Assembly: GCA_944363645.1 (NCBI GenBank)
Contig: CALVUR010000005.1
Coordinates: 31,273-95,272, forward strand
From: an uncultured Clostridia bacterium
GTDB lineage: Bacteria > Bacillota > Clostridia > Christensenellales > Borkfalkiaceae
DNA: 64,000 nucleotides
Reading direction: 5' to 3'
Position numbers and translations under genes: made by a program. Within the stretch, counting starts at the first letter, position 1, and each line of letters opens with the position of its first letter. The notes beneath the pieces are model-generated. The model had not been told where the DNA came from. It was given only the letters and a program-made list of their open reading frames with translations, and searched no databases. Below are positions 1 through 8,690 of the stretch, one piece after another.

Positions 1-851
1 AAGCAACCTAAAAATTGAAGTGGTGTTTCGGTTATTGGTTTTTGTAAAACTAAACATTGTAAAACACCAAATACAAGTGCAAATGCAGATTCAAGCGATA
101 AAATAAGTGAAACTACTGTCGGGTTTGTACCTTTTTGCGCAACGATTTGCAAAGTATAACCGACTGCGCTTGAGAAAATACCGAGATATAAAAGTGGCAA
201 TAAACCTTCGCCTACGGCACTTATATTTACATCTTCAAAGCAAAGCGAAATTATACCAGATACAACACTTGCAACCAAAAATTGAGCGCAAGATAGTTTT
301 ACACCATCAACAAACTGAACAAAGTAGTCAACGAAAAGAATTTGAATTGCGAAAAAGATTGCAGAACAAATTAAATAAATGTAAGCTTCCTTAAACGCTA
401 CTGAATGAACTTGACAAATAAGTGCCAAACCAATGACTGCAATTACAACGGAAATCCAAATGTTTAAACCAACTTTGCGTTTAAAAAATACACCCATAAC
501 AGGCACCAAAATCATGTAAAGCGTTGTGATAAATGCTGCTTCGCCAGAGGTAGAACCGCCTATGCCTATTTGCTGAACATTGACAGCACCGCAAAGCAAT
601 AAACCACAACATACCCCGCCTATAACAAGTTTTTTAACATCAACTTTTTGTATTTCTACGCCTTTAGATTTTTTGATTTGTGTAAAAATTAGATCAACCA
701 CAAGTAATGAAAATACCGCAATTAAACTTCTAAAAAAGTTGATAAAAAATGGCGGTAAAACCGAACTTAAATTGCCTTGAGCTAAAAATGCCGCACCCCA
801 TATAGCAGATGCTAATAAAGGTAATACTATTTGACGAACGTTTTTATTCAA
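1..851 (-). CDS. EamA/DMT-family membrane transporter (3' end runs off window)
   Basis: Absent from the ORF track because it has no stop in the window. Translation from TTG 849-851 (AAGGAG 6 nt upstream) gives LNKNVRQIVLPLLASAIWGAAFLAQG... with many hydrophobic helices and two EamA-like halves. + ORFs 107..394 and 580..780 are antisense artefacts. Confidence 0.7.
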   Translation of the reverse strand, partial: MNKNVRQIVLPLLASAIWGAAFLAQGNLSSVLPPFFINFFRSLIAVFSLLVVDLIFTQIKKSKGVEIQKVDVKKLVIGGVCCGLLLCGAVNVQQIGIGGSTSGEAAFITTLYMILVPVMGVFFKRKVGLNIWISVVIAVIGLALICQVHSVAFKEAYIYLICSAIFFAIQILFVDYFVQFVDGVKLSCAQFLVASVVSGIISLCFEDVNISAVGEGLLPLLYLGIFSSAVGYTLQIVAQKGTNPTVVSLILSLESAFALVFGVLQCLVLQKPITETPLQFLGC

Positions 852-1127
852 AGTAAATCTCCTTAAATTAAAATAAAATGCCTTAGATAATCTAAGACAG
901 TTTTCCCTTAAATTTAATGTATCATAATTTTGTATATCTTGTCAACTATAAAAAGGCCAATTTATCCTAATTAAATAACCCAAAATTCCTTTTATAATCA
1001 ACAAAAATCATTATTTATCTCTTTTTAGATAATCGTGATTTGCGTTTTAAATATTTGTTAAACGTTTTTACATTTTTTAATCTGTAAAATTTTAATAATT
1101 TTTAACGAATTTTAATGGAAAACACGT

Positions 1128-1165
1128 AAAAAGTGGGGCTATAAGCCGATTATCGCACATTTTTT
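1128..1165 (+). repeat. Dispersed repeat copy 1 (orientation A)
   Basis: aaaaaGTGGGGCTATAAGCCGATTATCGCACAttttt; matches 11 other copies in the window. Confidence 0.85.
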
Positions 1166-1191
1166 AACAAAATTCAACTTAAAAATAACAA

Positions 1192-1218
1192 CAAAAAAAG
1201 CCGTCAAAAATGACGGCT
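1192..1218 (-). terminator. Intrinsic terminator after acidic-protein gene
   Basis: Hairpin AGCCGTCA-aaaa-TGACGGCT followed by a U-run on the minus strand, 15 nt after the stop. Confidence 0.7.
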
Positions 1219-1232
1219 TAAATTTTATTTAA

Positions 1233-2981
1233 TTAGTCGATTTTAATAACCCTACCACCGGTTAATAAGATCATCTTTAATGCGTTTACAGTAAAGTCGT
1301 CTGCTTCAACAATAAGTGGTTTATTTAATACACCACGACCTAAGATCTTGAGATAACCGGTCTTTTTAGAAACAAGGTGTTTTTGTTTTAAACTTTCAAG
1401 TGTAACTGTTTCGCCTGCTTTATAGTTAGCGGACAATGTGTCAATATTAACAATGGCTTTACCACCGTTTTTATCGCTCTTGCTCTTAACTGATGTTGAA
1501 ACTTCAACAAGGCTTGTTGCCTTTTCATCAGACATGTCTTTGTCAGCACGGTGAACGAATACTTCTTTAACGATTTCAAAGTCCCTTTCAGGTAGAACAA
1601 CTTGTGGCTCTTTTTCTACTTCTTCCTCTTCTTCAGACTCAAGAAATTCTTCAGTTACAACCGTTTCGTTATCTGCAGGTTCTTCTACCGCTTCTTCAAC
1701 TGTTTCTTCAACAACTTCATCGCCTTCTTCTTCAGCAACTTCTTCAGTAGATTGTTCTTCTACTTCTTGAGTTTCTTCGTTTTCAACAGTTTCTTCAACT
1801 GCTACTTCACTAACTTCTTCAGTAGGTTCTTCAGTGGCTTCAACTTCTGCGATTTCTTCAGCAGATTCTGTATCTTCTACTTCTTCAATCGTTTCACTTT
1901 CAGTAGGTTCTTCCACTACTTCTTCAGCTACTTCGTCGCCTGTTTCTTCTACTGTTTCTTCTGCAACTTCTTCTACTTCGTCAACAGGCTCTTCAACCTG
2001 TTCAATTTCTTCAACTTGTTCAGTTGCGCTTTCGGTAGGTTCGGCTTCGGTAACGATAACTTCGCCGTTTTCGTCAAGAGAAACTTCTAAAATGACAGCA
2101 AGTGGTGTTTTACCTGACTTGTCGCAAGCATCGCAAGGTTCAACAACTTCTTCAACGTGATTTTCAGTTGTAACATCAACTTTTTCTTCCATTTCTTCAA
2201 CAACCTCTTGTACTTGCTCAGTTTCAACAGCAACTGTTTCGACTTCGTTTACGGTTTCATTTGTTTCATCTAAACTTGTTGTGATAGCAATTTCTTCAAC
2301 CGGCTCTTTATCGGCATCTTTTTCTTGGAACTTTGTAAAGTCAGGTGAAGATGCGCCTAAAAGCTTAATTTCTTTAGCTTCAACAAGTTCTTGCGTGGTG
2401 CGATATTCTGGATAGTAATCTACTTCATCAATATCCATACGCTTCCAACCGCCTTTTTCTGCCATAATGGCGATAAGTTCCCTTGCCCACCTAACCGAAC
2501 GGTTAGATTTGATTTTTAAGCACATAGGAACAACGGAATATTTTTTAACATTACTTACATCTTTGAAGATGTATTTTGAATCGGCAAATTCTTCAGGGTT
2601 TAGTGCTAAATATAAAGATAAAGTTTTACCTTTAATTGCAAATTTAGCAATAACAGGACTACCCAAACGATATGTTTCAAAGTGCCAACTTATTCTTGGT
2701 TTCGCTTTTTTATATGAAAGTAATTCGTTTTTAAGGGTGCTGTATCTTTCTTTTACCAAATCATTTGATTGACATAATTTAGCAGTAAAACTACGTAAAT
2801 AGCGAACTTTAATTTCCCTATCGCCAATAACAAGCCTACCGCCACTGCCGTTTTCTTCATCGACAATGGTTGCACCCATCATGAGATTTTGTTCAACACT
2901 TTCGCCACCGGATAAATCGGTAACGGTAAGTTCTTCATCAACTAAGTTGTTTTTCAATTCGTCCATAACCGTAAAATTCAA
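1233..2981 (-). CDS. Acidic-repeat protein with uL15-like C-terminal domain
   Basis: 582-aa ORF starting at TTG 2981 or ATG 2966. It has a globular N-terminal ~230 aa, then ~250 aa of E/V/T/A low complexity (EEVEE, VEETVEE). The C-terminal ~75 aa (VNIDTL..GETVTLESL..VSKKTGYLKILGRGVLNKPLIVEA..F....L......GG) aligns to the C-terminal half of ribosomal protein uL15. Confidence 0.75.
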   Translation of the reverse strand: MNFTVMDELKNNLVDEELTVTDLSGGESVEQNLMMGATIVDEENGSGGRLVIGDREIKVRYLRSFTAKLCQSNDLVKERYSTLKNELLSYKKAKPRISWHFETYRLGSPVIAKFAIKGKTLSLYLALNPEEFADSKYIFKDVSNVKKYSVVPMCLKIKSNRSVRWARELIAIMAEKGGWKRMDIDEVDYYPEYRTTQELVEAKEIKLLGASSPDFTKFQEKDADKEPVEEIAITTSLDETNETVNEVETVAVETEQVQEVVEEMEEKVDVTTENHVEEVVEPCDACDKSGKTPLAVILEVSLDENGEVIVTEAEPTESATEQVEEIEQVEEPVDEVEEVAEETVEETGDEVAEEVVEEPTESETIEEVEDTESAEEIAEVEATEEPTEEVSEVAVEETVENEETQEVEEQSTEEVAEEEGDEVVEETVEEAVEEPADNETVVTEEFLESEEEEEVEKEPQVVLPERDFEIVKEVFVHRADKDMSDEKATSLVEVSTSVKSKSDKNGGKAIVNIDTLSANYKAGETVTLESLKQKHLVSKKTGYLKILGRGVLNKPLIVEADDFTVNALKMILLTGGRVIKID

Positions 2982-3293
2982 ATTATTAAAACAAAATTTT
3001 TTACTGTTTTAACAAGTTGAACAATCCCCTCCTTTCCAAATTTTGTAAAATTGCAAAACCCAAAATTAAAAGGTTTAAAAAGTGCAATTTTACAACCTTA
3101 ACTTTAGGATTAAATTAAGCGATTGTCAAAAGTAAAAAATACATCAAATTTATTGCTTAACAATTACGAAAAACACACCAAAAAAATTTGCAAATACAAT
3201 TTTAGTGGATATGCGTAGTTGATTTTAGCAATTTTTAGACAAAAATTAACATAAAAATTAACTTTTGACAAACTAAATTTAATAGTTATTTAA

Positions 3294-3322
3294 ATTATAT
3301 GATAGTTGCAAAGTTTTGTCAA
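3294..3322 (-). promoter_or_regulatory. Consensus sigma-A promoter, ~310 nt upstream of acidic-protein start
   Basis: Minus strand reads TTGACA-17 nt-TATAAT exactly. Confidence 0.5.
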
Positions 3323-3566
3323 GATTTTTATGCTTTTTAATTAGCAAAAATGCAAAAATTCTTTATTTTTTCACTTAAGAAATTTTAGGCATAAAATTAA
3401 AATTGGACAAATTTAATAAAAATGTAAAAATATTAACATTTATTAGCAAAAAAAAGATAACGTTAAGCAAATAATTTATATTATTAAAAATTAAATTCCA
3501 AAATAACTAATAAAAATAAATTTGCGTTTTAAAGTAAAAAATTGGCTTAATTTATTATTTGAGTAT

Positions 3567-3594
3567 AAAAAAAGTAGTGCGATAACGCACTACT
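3567..3594 (-). terminator. Intrinsic terminator after lipoprotein gene
   Basis: Hairpin AGTAGTGCG-ataa-CGCACTACT plus a U-run on the minus strand. Confidence 0.7.
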
Positions 3595-3613
3595 TAAAAA
3601 TCAAAAAAACTAA

Positions 3614-4033
3614 TTATGCAGCTTTAATAGCAGCTTCGGTACCAGCGTAAATCATTTTGCCAGATCTTTTAACAACGATTGCGCTATCGGTATCTTCTTG
3701 AGATTCTTTGTTTAAATATTGTTCTGCTTTTTCCCAGCATGCTTTAGCGGCTGCACTGTCTTTGAAGTAAATAACTGTGATAGTATCAACTGATTTATCT
3801 TCGTTTGCTTTTGTACCTGATAATAAAGCGGTAACGTCACCACGTTCACAACCTAAAACAAGTTCAACAGCTGTTAATGAAATTGCATCGTCAGCTAAAA
3901 CTACTGTGTAACCATTTTCTTCTAAACTTGATTTTGCTTTAGCAGGATTTGAATTTGGACCGCAAGCAACTAAAACTAAAGAAAGAGTAACTGTTACTAA
4001 AACTAATGCCAAAATTTTTGAAAATTTCTTCAT
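3614..4033 (-). CDS. Small lipoprotein, unknown function
   Basis: Start moved to ATG 4033 (AAAGGAG SD 6 nt upstream). Signal peptide MKKFSKILALVLVTVTLSLVLVAC with lipobox LVAC. Confidence 0.75.
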   Translation of the reverse strand: MKKFSKILALVLVTVTLSLVLVACGPNSNPAKAKSSLEENGYTVVLADDAISLTAVELVLGCERGDVTALLSGTKANEDKSVDTITVIYFKDSAAAKACWEKAEQYLNKESQEDTDSAIVVKRSGKMIYAGTEAAIKAA

Positions 4034-4070
4034 AAATAGCTCCTTTTGCATTTTTTAATTTCTAAATAAT

Positions 4071-4099
4071 ATTTTATTAAATTTTTGTTAAAAAGTCAA
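4071..4099 (-). promoter_or_regulatory. Promoter of lipoprotein gene
   Basis: Minus strand reads TTGACT-17 nt-TAAAAT. Confidence 0.45.
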
Positions 4100-4180
4100 T
4101 ACCTTATTTGTTTTTTATCAAATAATTGCTATTATTTTTTACATTTTTTCTACATTTGTTTATTTTTATCAATTTTTAAG

Positions 4181-4220
4181 AAAAATAAAAATCCCAAAAC
4201 CAATTTCTTAGTTTTGGGAT
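4181..4220 (-). terminator. Terminator after tRNA-Thr(GGT)
   Basis: 10-bp stem ATCCCAAAAC/GTTTTGGGAT followed by a U-run on the minus strand. Confidence 0.75.
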
Positions 4221-4223
4221 TTT

Positions 4224-4299
<76 letters not shown>

Positions 4300-4318
4300 A
4301 CTTACTTGCGACTTTACT

Positions 4319-4347
4319 ATTTTATAAAATTCCCAAATAATTGTCAA
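4319..4347 (-). promoter_or_regulatory. Promoter of tRNA-Thr(GGT)
   Basis: Minus strand reads TTGACA-17 nt-TAAAAT, ~20 nt upstream of the tRNA 5' end. Confidence 0.55.
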
Positions 4348-4428
4348 CATTTTTTCCATAAATTTTTAATAAAATATAATTAAATTGGTTTTAACTTTTA
4401 AAAAAATGCCAAAACTCACAAAAAAATC

Positions 4429-4457
4429 TTGCATTACTTATTTTTTTATGCTAAAAT
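4429..4457 (+). promoter_or_regulatory. Promoter of tRNA-Thr(CGT)
   Basis: TTGCAT-17 nt-TAAAAT with TG at -15/-14. An A-rich UP-like tract lies upstream. Confidence 0.55.
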
Positions 4458-4474
4458 AATAAGGCTTTTGAAAC

Positions 4475-4550
4475 GCTACTGTGGCTCAGTCGGTAGAGCA
4501 GCTGATTCGTAATCAGCAGGTCACCGGTTCAAGTCCGGTCAGTAGCTCCA
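4475..4550 (+). tRNA. tRNA-Thr (anticodon CGT)
   Basis: 76 nt, GCTACTGTGGCTCAGTCGGTAGAGCAGCTGATTCGTAATCAGC...GGTTCAAGTCC...CCA. Anticodon loop is TTCGTAA. Confidence 0.93.
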
Positions 4551-4553
4551 TAA

Positions 4554-4578
4554 GGAAGGGTTTTCCCTTCCTTTTTTT
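4554..4578 (+). terminator. Terminator after tRNA-Thr(CGT)
   Basis: GGAAGGG-tttt-CCCTTCC followed by T7. Confidence 0.8.
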
Positions 4579-4613
4579 ATTATCATAGACATCTTTTTAT
4601 TATCATTGACATC
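4574..4613 (+). repeat. Tandem 20-bp direct repeat (2 copies, 1 mismatch)
   Basis: TTTTTATTATCATAGACATC / TTTTTATTATCATTGACATC, immediately upstream of the 4628 promoter. Confidence 0.8.
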
Positions 4614-4627
4614 GCTTTATTAAATAA

Positions 4628-4656
4628 TTGACTTTATAAGCATGTGGTTGTATAAT
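4628..4656 (+). promoter_or_regulatory. Promoter of DUF2871-like gene
   Basis: TTGACT-17 nt-TATAAT. GGAGG SD at 4677-4681 and ATG at 4688. Confidence 0.55.
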
Positions 4657-4687
4657 TAACTTACAATCTACATATGCGGAGGCAATT

Positions 4688-5101
4688 ATGAGAAAGCACA
4701 TTAAAATTGCCTTGATTTATGCCATTTTGGCAATGATTGGCGGTGTATTTTTCCGTGAATTTACAAAAGCATTTGATTTTACAGGTGCAACAGCACTTGG
4801 CAAACTTCACACTCACCTATTTATCCTTGGTATGGTTATGTTTTTCATCGTTGGCTTATTCGACGACAAACTTAACTTATCACAAAGCAAACTTTACAAG
4901 CCATTTATGATAGTTTACAACATTGGCGTTGGCCTTATGTGTGTAATGCTTACAGTACGTGGCGTAACACAAGTTATTGGCGCACAAGTTTCTGACGGTG
5001 CAATCGCTGGCGTTGCCGGTATCAGCCACATAGTTGTTGCTGCTGGCATGATTTTATTTTTTATAATGCTTTTAAAACTTACAAAAAAACAAGAACAATA
5101 A
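4688..5101 (+). CDS. DUF2871-like small membrane protein
   Basis: 137 aa with 4 TM helices. Contains GGVFFREFTK...LGKLHTHLFILGM, as remembered for DUF2871. Good SD. Confidence 0.65.
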   Translation: MRKHIKIALIYAILAMIGGVFFREFTKAFDFTGATALGKLHTHLFILGMVMFFIVGLFDDKLNLSQSKLYKPFMIVYNIGVGLMCVMLTVRGVTQVIGAQVSDGAIAGVAGISHIVVAAGMILFFIMLLKLTKKQEQ

Positions 5102-5107
5102 AAAAAT

Positions 5108-5136
5108 GAAAGGGTTAAACGCCCTTTCTTTTTTTT
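5108..5136. terminator. Bidirectional terminator between convergent genes
   Basis: GAAAGGG-ttaaacg-CCCTTTC flanked by A6 and T8. Confidence 0.75.
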
Positions 5137-5141
5137 GCCCT

Positions 5142-5861
5142 TTAATTGTTTGAATAGCATGCTGTAAAAATTAAATCTTCACCAACATAGCCTTTAAAAT
5201 AAAGTTTATCGTCCTTTGATGCCTTAAAAATTTGAACAGTTTGACCAAGAGTGAGTTCTTTGTTATAGTCTATTTCAAAATTAGTGTAATTTTCGGCATC
5301 TTCGCCAAAGGTATCAACAATAAAATTAGCATATCTTATATTGTTTACATGCCTATTCATGTCAATATCGCTTTGTAAAACCTTGCGTTCACCAATAAAT
5401 TCAAACATTTCTTGCTCTGGCGCACGTACTTTGCCAAATTTTTCTTCAAAGTTTTTGACTTTGCTAAATTCTTCAATGCCCACATTGATATCACGAACCG
5501 GCACAATTCTTCTTGTTTCAAGGTTTATAACCGTCCAAATTGACTCACCCAAACAGCAAAGTTCGCCATTTAGATTGTAAATTGCGTATTCACGCTGAAT
5601 TTTTGCTGCAGATGGTTTAAGTGGCCAAGTTTTAACCTTAACATTTGTGTAAATGTCAAATGGCTTATAGATTTTAAACCTTACACTTACCAAAACCCAG
5701 CCCAAATTTTTTGGTTGAAAATCGAAAAGTCCGCAACCGGTGTAATTTGAGTGTACACCAGCGATATCTTGGAATATATCTAAAATGCTTGCCTTTCTTG
5801 TAGCAAGTTTATAGTTAAAATCAGAAGGTCTTAAAACATACTCTTTTTCAAATTCTTTCAT
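5142..5861 (-). CDS. Acyl-ACP thioesterase
   Basis: 239 aa, double hotdog layout. Contains YVLRPSDFN...GWVLV...DMNRHVNNIRYANFIVD, typical of the FatA/B-like bacterial thioesterases. Confidence 0.8.
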   Translation of the reverse strand: MKEFEKEYVLRPSDFNYKLATRKASILDIFQDIAGVHSNYTGCGLFDFQPKNLGWVLVSVRFKIYKPFDIYTNVKVKTWPLKPSAAKIQREYAIYNLNGELCCLGESIWTVINLETRRIVPVRDINVGIEEFSKVKNFEEKFGKVRAPEQEMFEFIGERKVLQSDIDMNRHVNNIRYANFIVDTFGEDAENYTNFEIDYNKELTLGQTVQIFKASKDDKLYFKGYVGEDLIFTACYSNN

Positions 5862-6039
5862 AAAATTCCCTTAAAACCAACAAAATTACAGTTTAGACTG
5901 TTAAATAAATAGTAACACTTAAATTTGTCTTTGTCAAAGAAATAAAATTTTAATTAAGTCAATTTAATAAATTTTCACAATGATTTTTTACAAATTGCAC
6001 AAAATGACTACGAGAATTGACAAACGGGTAAAAGTTTGT

Positions 6040-6068
6040 TTTACAACAATTTTTATAAGTGTTAAAAT
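6040..6068 (+). promoter_or_regulatory. Promoter of transglutaminase-LRR lipoprotein gene
   Basis: TTTACA-17 nt-TAAAAT with TG at -15/-14. Confidence 0.4.
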
Positions 6069-6089
6069 ATTATAAAAACCATAGTAGCA

Positions 6090-7946
6090 ATGATTATGAA
6101 CAATAAATTTTTAAAAAGAACAATTACACTGATTTTAATTTTAGTCTTATCTTTTAGTCTTTATGGCTGTAAAAGCATTGGCGAATTATTCCATAAACAC
6201 AATGCTGTATATGTTGAAGCAGTTGAAGCAACTTGCGAACATGAAGGCAATGTAAAATATTGGTACTGCGCAGATTGCGATAAATATTTTATCGACGAAG
6301 AATGCAATTTATCGGTTGAAAAACGTGTGGTAATTTTGCCTAAAACTCAACACGTCCCCGATGATAATGGTATTTGCACGGTTTGCGGTAAAGACTTAAA
6401 TGTCAAAAATCTTCTTAAAAAAGCGCATAGTGATTACGGCTTTTTATCGCTTACCGCAAAAGAGCAAGAATTCTATAATTTGATAGATCAATCTGTATCT
6501 ACTTTCCATGAAAGTGGCGACGCTATAGTGGAAGTATCTAATGATAAAAACTTTTACACCCTTTCACCTATTGATTTTTCAGCATTTTCGCTTACAAGCG
6601 GTCGTGCTTTAGATATTTTTAGAGTTTATATTGCTGACCATCCATTATACTATTGGATTGATGCAACAACACTTTATACCGATAAAAAACTTTACCCCGT
6701 TGTAATTGATGAATTTGCTAAGTCAACAGACCGAATTAAAACAACAGAATCACTCGAAAAATCAATTTTCGATGCTTATTCTTATGTTGATATATTAGAT
6801 TCAACTTATCAAAAAACACTCGGTTATCATGACTACATAGTTGATGCGATTGATTATAGTTATGACGAAAGCGGAAACCCAAACAATGAACATTGGGCGC
6901 ATAGCATTTTGGGTGTATTTTTAGAAGGCGTTGACCAAATTGATGGTGCTGTTTGCGAAGGCTATGCTAAATCATTCCAATTACTACTTAATTTAGCAGA
7001 AATCGATAACGTATACGTGGTTGGCGTTGGTAAAACATCGACAAGAACGGAATCACACGCTTGGAATATGGCACTAATTGACGGAAGTTATTATTACTTT
7101 GATCTTACATGGGATGAACATAAATTATTGCCAAATGACCGTGGTTATGATTACTTTTGCGAGGATAATAGCGATACACAATTTACATCATCTCACGTAG
7201 CAAATAAAGTGCTTGAAGGCGATCAAATTGTAGATTACAAAATTTACGATTTACCAGAAAATGTAGCAACAACGCCTTATGCAAAAAAAGACAAAGTTTT
7301 TACAAAATTTGAACTTGACAATTTGACCTATGTAATAAGCGGTTACAAGGAAGCGCAACTTGTAAAGAGTAATAAAATTGGTCAAGTTGTAATACCTGAT
7401 AAAGTTACATTCAACACGGAAACTTATCAAGTAACAACTATCGGTACATACTATAACGAATCAACCCCTATTTCAAATGTATTTAGCGAAGGTGCTACTT
7501 CAGTAAGCATTCCAAGCAGTGTAAGTTTTATATGGGATGTTTCCTTTAGGTCAAGCACAATAAAAAGTTTTTCAGTTGATTCCCAAAACCCATATTTTAC
7601 TTCCGATAGCGAAGGTGTTTTGTACACAAAAAATATGTTTACGCTTGTTTGTTACCCCGCTGGAAAGTTGAGTTTTGAATACATGGTACCCACTAATTGC
7701 AAAATTATTGCACTTTTTGCCTTTGACAATACTAAACTTTCAAGTTTGGTTTTAACTTCAAATGTAACCGAATTTTACATGCCAAACTGTGGTTTAGGTT
7801 ATGTTGATAACCTTGTAGATTACAACAACAAATTGGCTGATATAACAAATGTTTCAATCGACTTAACTAATAACGGAACAAAAAATAGACTTACCCTTAA
7901 CGAGTTTAAAGATGTTAGCGGTATTAGAAATGTTACTGTAAAATAA
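6090..7946 (+). CDS. Lipoprotein with transglutaminase-like cysteine-protease core and C-terminal BspA-type leucine-rich repeats
   Basis: Signal peptide with lipobox LYGC. Cys-rich CEHEGNVKYWYCADCDKYF module. Cys-His-Asp core (GAVCEGYAKSF...SHAWNMALIDG..YYFDLTWD). The C-terminal ~220 aa are LRR_5-like repeats. Confidence 0.8.
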   Translation: MIMNNKFLKRTITLILILVLSFSLYGCKSIGELFHKHNAVYVEAVEATCEHEGNVKYWYCADCDKYFIDEECNLSVEKRVVILPKTQHVPDDNGICTVCGKDLNVKNLLKKAHSDYGFLSLTAKEQEFYNLIDQSVSTFHESGDAIVEVSNDKNFYTLSPIDFSAFSLTSGRALDIFRVYIADHPLYYWIDATTLYTDKKLYPVVIDEFAKSTDRIKTTESLEKSIFDAYSYVDILDSTYQKTLGYHDYIVDAIDYSYDESGNPNNEHWAHSILGVFLEGVDQIDGAVCEGYAKSFQLLLNLAEIDNVYVVGVGKTSTRTESHAWNMALIDGSYYYFDLTWDEHKLLPNDRGYDYFCEDNSDTQFTSSHVANKVLEGDQIVDYKIYDLPENVATTPYAKKDKVFTKFELDNLTYVISGYKEAQLVKSNKIGQVVIPDKVTFNTETYQVTTIGTYYNESTPISNVFSEGATSVSIPSSVSFIWDVSFRSSTIKSFSVDSQNPYFTSDSEGVLYTKNMFTLVCYPAGKLSFEYMVPTNCKIIALFAFDNTKLSSLVLTSNVTEFYMPNCGLGYVDNLVDYNNKLADITNVSIDLTNNGTKNRLTLNEFKDVSGIRNVTVK

Positions 7947-7950
7947 CAAA

Positions 7951-7978
7951 AACGCTGGTTTTTAGCCAGCGTTTTTTT
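7951..7978 (+). terminator. Intrinsic terminator
   Basis: AACGCTGG-loop-CCAGCGTT followed by T7. Confidence 0.8.
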
Positions 7979-8000
7979 ATTGTTTAATTACACTTTATGC

Positions 8001-8690
8001 TTAAACATTCTTATCGTTTTGTTGAGTCTTTTGCATACGTTTCCAACTGACAAAACCATAAATATCGTTTACCAAAAATACTACAAAGCAAATTACAACA
8101 GATATATACGAAAAGTCTTTAATAGATGCTAATACCCACAAAACAATTAAGACAACGTCATTTGCGGCATAACCTAACGCAAAATATGGACTACGCCTAT
8201 ATGTCAAATACACTGCAATAAAACTTGTTGTAACCGATATTGTGCGGGTATCATATTAGATGTATTAAATGCATCTAAAATAAAATACAACAGTTACAAC
8301 AATAGAAACGGCAAACATAATCGTCCAATCTTTTTTGCTTATGTTGTTTAGTTCAACTTGTGCACGATTGCCTTTATAGGGGTTTTTCAGCCAACTTATA
8401 AGGGCAAAAAATGCCATAGGTGCTGTCATACAAAGATATGTAATCATTTCACCATAATAAGCAAAGCCAAAAGAAATTACGCCGTAAGTGATACTAAACA
8501 CAACCATCAATGCTTGCCCTATTGGATTGCCTTTTGCGTTAAATATAAGCGATGTTACACCGATAATCGATGCAGACAATATAAGCCAATTTTCCCTATC
8601 AAATAACGCAAATGATAAGCTGATCAACACAACTGAAACTAACCACAACACCCACTCGCATACATTAAAATAACCTAAGATTTTTTTCAT
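8001..8690 (-). pseudogene. pnuC: pnuC-family nicotinamide riboside transporter, disrupted
   Basis: ORFs 8265..8690 and 8001..8213 are the same reading frame, separated by two in-frame TAA stops (8265-8267 and 8256-8258). For ~14 codons the +1 frame reads a PnuC-like YFILDAFNTSNMIPA. Downstream ISVTTSFIAVYLTYRRSPYFALGYAANDVVLIVLW is classic PnuC. Confidence 0.75.

Noticed and set aside
1602-2160. + strand ORFs 1602..2090 and 1834..2160 (F/S-rich translations)
   Set aside because: They are the antisense mirror of the E/V/T acidic low-complexity region of the 582-aa minus-strand gene. They have no SD and a purely compositional open frame.
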